64,000 nt of DNA, taken from an uncultured Chloroflexia bacterium. GTDB taxonomy: Bacteria > Chloroflexota > Dehalococcoidia > SM23-28-2 > RBG-16-64-32. The notes below the pieces were generated by a model. The model made no database searches and had not been told where the DNA came from. It worked only from the letters and a program-made list of their open reading frames with translations. Location of the stretch: contig CAVQVC010000001.1 in the NCBI GenBank assembly GCA_963717065.1, forward strand, positions 1,873,001 to 1,937,000, given 5' to 3'. Shown here in pieces: positions 60,224 to 64,000 of this stretch (its first letter is position 1; every line of letters starts with the position of its first letter). The translations under genes were made by a program, and so were the position numbers.

Positions 60224-60252
60224 TTGACAATAAGGCAGGCCAACCACATAAT
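60224..60252 (+). promoter_or_regulatory. Sigma70-type promoter for the PT-repeat surface protein gene
   Basis: TTGACA (60224-29), 17-nt spacer, CATAAT (60247-52), 44 nt upstream of the ATG at 60296. Confidence 0.6.
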
Positions 60253-60295
60253 GCGTTGCATTCGTCCCCCGTAAGCGGCCCAGGAAGGAAGGTCG

Positions 60296-61297
60296 ATGCA
60301 CGCGCCCCGTGGTCACCGAGGTCCGCACGACGCTAGCTGGTCGTGGGAGTACGAGCGGCGGATGGCCCGGCGCCGGGGTCTCTTCCTGGAGCTATCGCTG
60401 GCCGTGCAGGTTGCCCTGCTTATCGGCGTCTTCGTCTTCCTGACATCGTTCGGCAACGGAGGGCCCCCGCCGACAACAAACTGCGTTGTCAACACGGAGT
60501 CCGGCCCGCAGAATAACAACTGCCCTACTCCGGAGCCTACGCCCTCTCCCTGCCCCAACCCATACGGTCACTTCCAAACGCCGACCCCGAAGCCCTGCAA
60601 GACACCCAGCCCAACACCCTACAAGACGGCAACACCAACTCCAGACGCCACCCCGACACCAACCCCTCAGGGCTCGCCAACACCTCCCGGTTCACCGACT
60701 CCGCCGGGTTCACCCACGCCACCCGGCTCTCCAACGCCTCCCGGTTCACCCACGCCTCCTGGTTCACCCACGCCTCCTGGCTCGCCCACACCCCCAGGTT
60801 CGCCGACTCCGCCGGGCTCTCCCACGCCGCCTGGTTCACCGACACCGCCGGGATCACCCACGCCTCCCGGATCACCGACTCCGCCGGGATCGCCAACGCC
60901 TCCCGGATCACCCACTCCACCGGGATCGCCAACCCCTCCCGGATCACCACACCGCCGGTTCGCCAACTCCTCCGGATCCCCCACGCCACCGGGCTCACCG
61001 ACTCCGCCGGGATCGCCAACGCCTCCCGGATCACCCACTCCGCCGGGATCCATGACACCAACGCCTCCCGGATCGGTCACGCCGACTCCGCCACATGGAT
61101 CGCGCACGCCTACCCGCAGCCCAATGCCTTCCTCGACGCCGGTCCACAGCTCAACTCCCACGTCCACGGCGCTGACGGTCCCACCGACCGGTGGCCCGCC
61201 TGAGAGCGCTCGCACGATCACGATCTTCCTGCTTTCCGGGCTTGCTCTGATAGCCGCGGGCGGCGCGCTCGTACTGCTGCAACGCCCTCGCGGATAG
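60296..61297 (+). CDS. Pro/Thr-rich repeat surface protein with LPXTG-like C-terminal sorting signal
   Basis: N-terminal TM anchor and about 20 GSPTPP repeats. The C-terminus VPPTGG, hydrophobic helix and RPRG tail resemble a sortase substrate signal. Confidence 0.75.
   Translation: MHAPRGHRGPHDASWSWEYERRMARRRGLFLELSLAVQVALLIGVFVFLTSFGNGGPPPTTNCVVNTESGPQNNNCPTPEPTPSPCPNPYGHFQTPTPKPCKTPSPTPYKTATPTPDATPTPTPQGSPTPPGSPTPPGSPTPPGSPTPPGSPTPPGSPTPPGSPTPPGSPTPPGSPTPPGSPTPPGSPTPPGSPTPPGSPTPPGSPTPPGSPTPPGSPHRRFANSSGSPTPPGSPTPPGSPTPPGSPTPPGSMTPTPPGSVTPTPPHGSRTPTRSPMPSSTPVHSSTPTSTALTVPPTGGPPESARTITIFLLSGLALIAAGGALVLLQRPRG
60671..61047 (+). repeat. 18-bp in-frame tandem repeat (GSPTPP units)
   Basis: 15 uninterrupted units from 60671, a disturbed stretch at 60941-60991, then more units. 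Codon variants differ between units. Confidence 0.9.
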
Positions 61298-61334
61298 ACT
61301 CTCTCGTATCTGTCCGAGCGACACAAACAAACGT

Positions 61335-61393
61335 TTGACAGACAACCTCCGCGTGGTTGAAAATGCACCCACCGACTCGCCCCAGGGGCGAGT
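61335..61393 (+). promoter_or_regulatory. Sigma70-type promoter plus a 19-bp perfect palindrome upstream of the hydantoinase-like operon
   Basis: TTGACA (61335-40), 18-nt spacer, GAAAAT. Palindrome ACTCGCCCC-A-GGGGCGAGT at 61375-61393. SD GAAGGAGGG before the ATG at 61426. Confidence 0.5.
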
Positions 61394-61425
61394 TCACATC
61401 GCCCACTGAAGGAGGGACCGCCCCC

Positions 61426-63599
61426 ATGACCCGCTACCTCGTCGCCTGCGACGCCGGCGGCACGATGACCGACGTCATCGTCGTCGACGAAGCAGGGACG
61501 CTTCGTCATCGGCAAGGCGCCGACCACGCCCCACGACGAGAGCATCGGCTACATGGAGTCGCTCGATGAGGCGCTCAGCTACTGGGACATCGAGCTGGCG
61601 CGACGGCCGCGACGTTCTGCCGAGCACATCGAGACGGCGATCTACACCGGCACGAGCATGCTGAACACGCTGATCAACCTGAACGGCCTGAAGACCGGGC
61701 TCATCGTCACGCGCGGCTTCGAGGACATGATCGTCCAGGGCCGCGGCTCGCAGACCTTCATCGGCTACCGAGTGGTCCGAGATCATGCACATGCAGTACC
61801 GCAAGCACCGCACGCCGCTCGTGCCGCGCCAGCTCACGCGCGGCGTGACCGAGCGCATCGACATGTTCGGCCAGGCGGTGATCCCGATGTACGAGCACGA
61901 GGTGCGAAGCAGGCGTGCGCGAGCTGCTCGACGCAGGGCGTCGAGTCGCATCGCCATCGTCTTCCTGCTACTCGTTCGCCAACCCGGCGCACGAGCAGCG
62001 CTGCGCCGAGATCGCCCGCGAAGTGATGCACGAGCGTCGGGCAAGCGACGATCCCGATCGTCGCTCTCCAGCGAGGTGGCGCCGATCATGCGCGAGGTCT
62101 CGCGCGCCAACGCGACGGTCATCCAGGCCTACGCTGCGGAGCCGGCGCGCAAGCAGCTCCTACGCGTCGAGGAGAAGCTCTCGCGAGATCGGCTACGACG
62201 CACTCGCTGAAGACGGTGCTCTGCTACGGCGGCGTCACCAACATCCGCTACCCGCGCCTGTTCGAGACCGTGATGTCCGGCCCCGTCGGCGGCATGATGG
62301 GCGGCCACTACCTGGCGAACAACGTCGGCATCGAGAACCTCGTCTGCTCCGACATCGGCGGCACCAGCTTCGACGCCGGCTGCATCACCGCCGGCATCCT
62401 GCCGATCAACCGCGAGCCGCCGTTCCAGCAGATGTACGTGAACGTGCCGATGCTCGACATCCAGTCGATCGGCGCCGGCACCGGCACCTACATCCGCGCT
62501 CGATCCGCACACCAAGCGCCTCAAGCTCGGGCCGGACAGCGCCGGCGGCACGCCGGGCCCGGTCTTCCAGGAGCAGGCAACGAGATCCCGACCATCGGCG
62601 ACTGCGACCTGCTCCTCGGCATCATCAATCCGGACTACTACCTGGGCGGCCGCGTCAAGGTGAACAAGGAAAAGTCGCGAGGCGATCTTCACAGGAGAAG
62701 GTCGCGGGGCCACTCGGACTCGACATGCACACGGCCGCCGAGCAGTGCGTCGATCTCGTCAACGTCATGATGCGCGAGCACCTGGTCCGCACGCTGATGC
62801 TCGGCTACGACATCCGCGACTACGTGCTGCTCGGGCTACGGCGGCGCGCGGGCCGATGCACCTCTGCGGCTACGCCGGCGACTACCCGTGGAAGGGCGTG
62901 CTGCACGGTGCCGTACGCGGCCGCGTTCTCGCGCCTGGGGCTGCGCGTGCATGGACTACGCCCACCGCCGCCACCGGAGCGTCTCGGCGATGATCGCTTA
63001 CGGCGCCGACGAAGGCGCCAAGATGTACACGGCAGGCGCCATCGTCAGCGCGGCTGGGAGGAGCTGGAGAAGCAGCTGCTGGAGGAGCTGACGAGCGAAG
63101 GCTTCAGCGCGCGACCAGATCACGCTCAAGCAGATCGTCTACATGCGCTACTACGGCCAGCTCGAGGACGTCGAGGTGGAGTCGCCGGTCACCCGACTTA
63201 CCTCGGCCGACGACGTCGACAAGGCTGACGGCAGCGTTCGAGGACGTCTTCACCACGCATGTACACGCTCGCCGGCAAGCCGCCCTACGCCGACCTACCT
63301 GATCACCGAGGTCGCCGTGATCGCGCAGGTGGAGCACGGTGAAGCCGACGATCGTGAAGTTCGACTCGGAAGGCCCGGAGCCGCCGAAGGCAGCCTTCAA
63401 GGAGAAGCGCCAGATCTTCCAGCACGGCCAGTGGCACGACGCCAACATCTACGAGATGGACGAGCTGCGGCCCGGGAACGAGATCGACGGGCTCGCCGTC
63501 ATCGAGGCGCCAAGCACGACGCTGTTCGTGCCCCTCGACTGGCGCGCGCGAATCGACGAGAACCTGATCTTCTGGCTGACGAGAGGAGCGCAGGGATGA
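61426..63599 (+). pseudogene. Hydantoinase A/oxoprolinase family protein (acetone-carboxylase beta-like), many frameshifts
   Basis: N-terminus YLVACDAGGTMTDVIVVDE, then GTSMLNTLINLNGLKTGLIVTRGFEDM, SDIGGTSFDAG, and C-terminal GLAVIEAPSTTLFVP in ORF 63339..63599. Pieces lie in all three frames. Confidence 0.7.
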
Positions 63600-64000
63600 C
63601 GCCAGACTCGTTGAACGGACGCCAGCTAAAGGACGAGCTGCAGGCGGAACGAACGGCTGTTCCAGGAGACGGGCTGCCTGTTCGGGCTCCAGGACGCTCA
63701 AGCGCAAGGCAGGAAGACCCGGGCACGTACGAGGCCGTCTGGCACATCCTGCTGAACATCTGCAACACGGCCTGGGCAGTCGGCTGCCGCGTGTCCTCTT
63801 CGCCGATCGCCGTCGAGGGCGGCGACGCGCTCTGGGCCTGCACCTGCCGACCGGCGAGGCCGTGTGCCACCTCGAAGGGCATCACCGCCCACCCGGGCCT
63901 GCTCGCAGCCTTCATCCGCTCGCTGATCGAGCATGGGCTACGAGCAGACTCCGGGCATCGAGCACGGCGACATCTTCGAGAACAACGACGCGCACTACGG
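63596..64000 (+). pseudogene. Hydantoinase B/oxoprolinase family protein (acetone-carboxylase alpha-like), frameshifted and 3'-truncated by the window edge
   Basis: ATGA overlap with the upstream gene. Fragments such as YEAVWHILLNICNTAW and ITAHPGLLAAFIRSLIEH occur in shifting frames. The assignment rests mostly on synteny with the HyuA-like gene. Confidence 0.45.

Noticed and set aside
60671-61047. Regular 18-bp tandem repeats considered as a CRISPR array or non-coding VNTR
   Set aside because: There are no unique spacers and the period is only 18 bp. The repeats are in frame inside an ORF with a signal anchor and a sorting signal, and they encode GSPTPP units.

Overview
High-GC bacterial chromosomal segment with a mosaic composition (judged by eye, not computed). 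It starts inside rpoC (bacterial beta-prime, NADFDGD) and carries about 55 protein genes. I found no rRNA, tRNA, CRISPR array, transposase or integrase. The main result is a complete, intact archaellum (archaeal flagellum) operon on the minus strand at 16283-23616: two archaellins, an ArlC/D/E-like protein, ArlF, ArlG, ArlH, ArlI and ArlJ. It sits among clearly bacterial genes, and a LysM-M23 peptidoglycan-binding membrane protein (14344-16275) follows arlJ after only 7 nt. Other content: (1) a MoxR-DUF58-transglutaminase operon; (2) a lower-GC defense islet (26.7-32.8 kb) with MntA/HepT, a DUF3578-McrB/McrC type IV restriction pair and uncharacterised small genes; (3) a five-gene CoA-ester module (MaoC, ACAD, MaoC, family III CoA-transferase, CitE-like lyase); (4) a MASE1-PAS histidine kinase with a response regulator; (5) cohesin/dockerin and sortase-type surface proteins; (6) hydantoinase/acetone-carboxylase-like genes at the 3' edge. 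About 18 genes, mostly the highest-GC ones, are interrupted by 1-nt indels. Five of the sites I could resolve fall in C or G homopolymers. I therefore read these breaks as probable assembly errors rather than gene decay, although I label those genes pseudogene to flag the broken frames.
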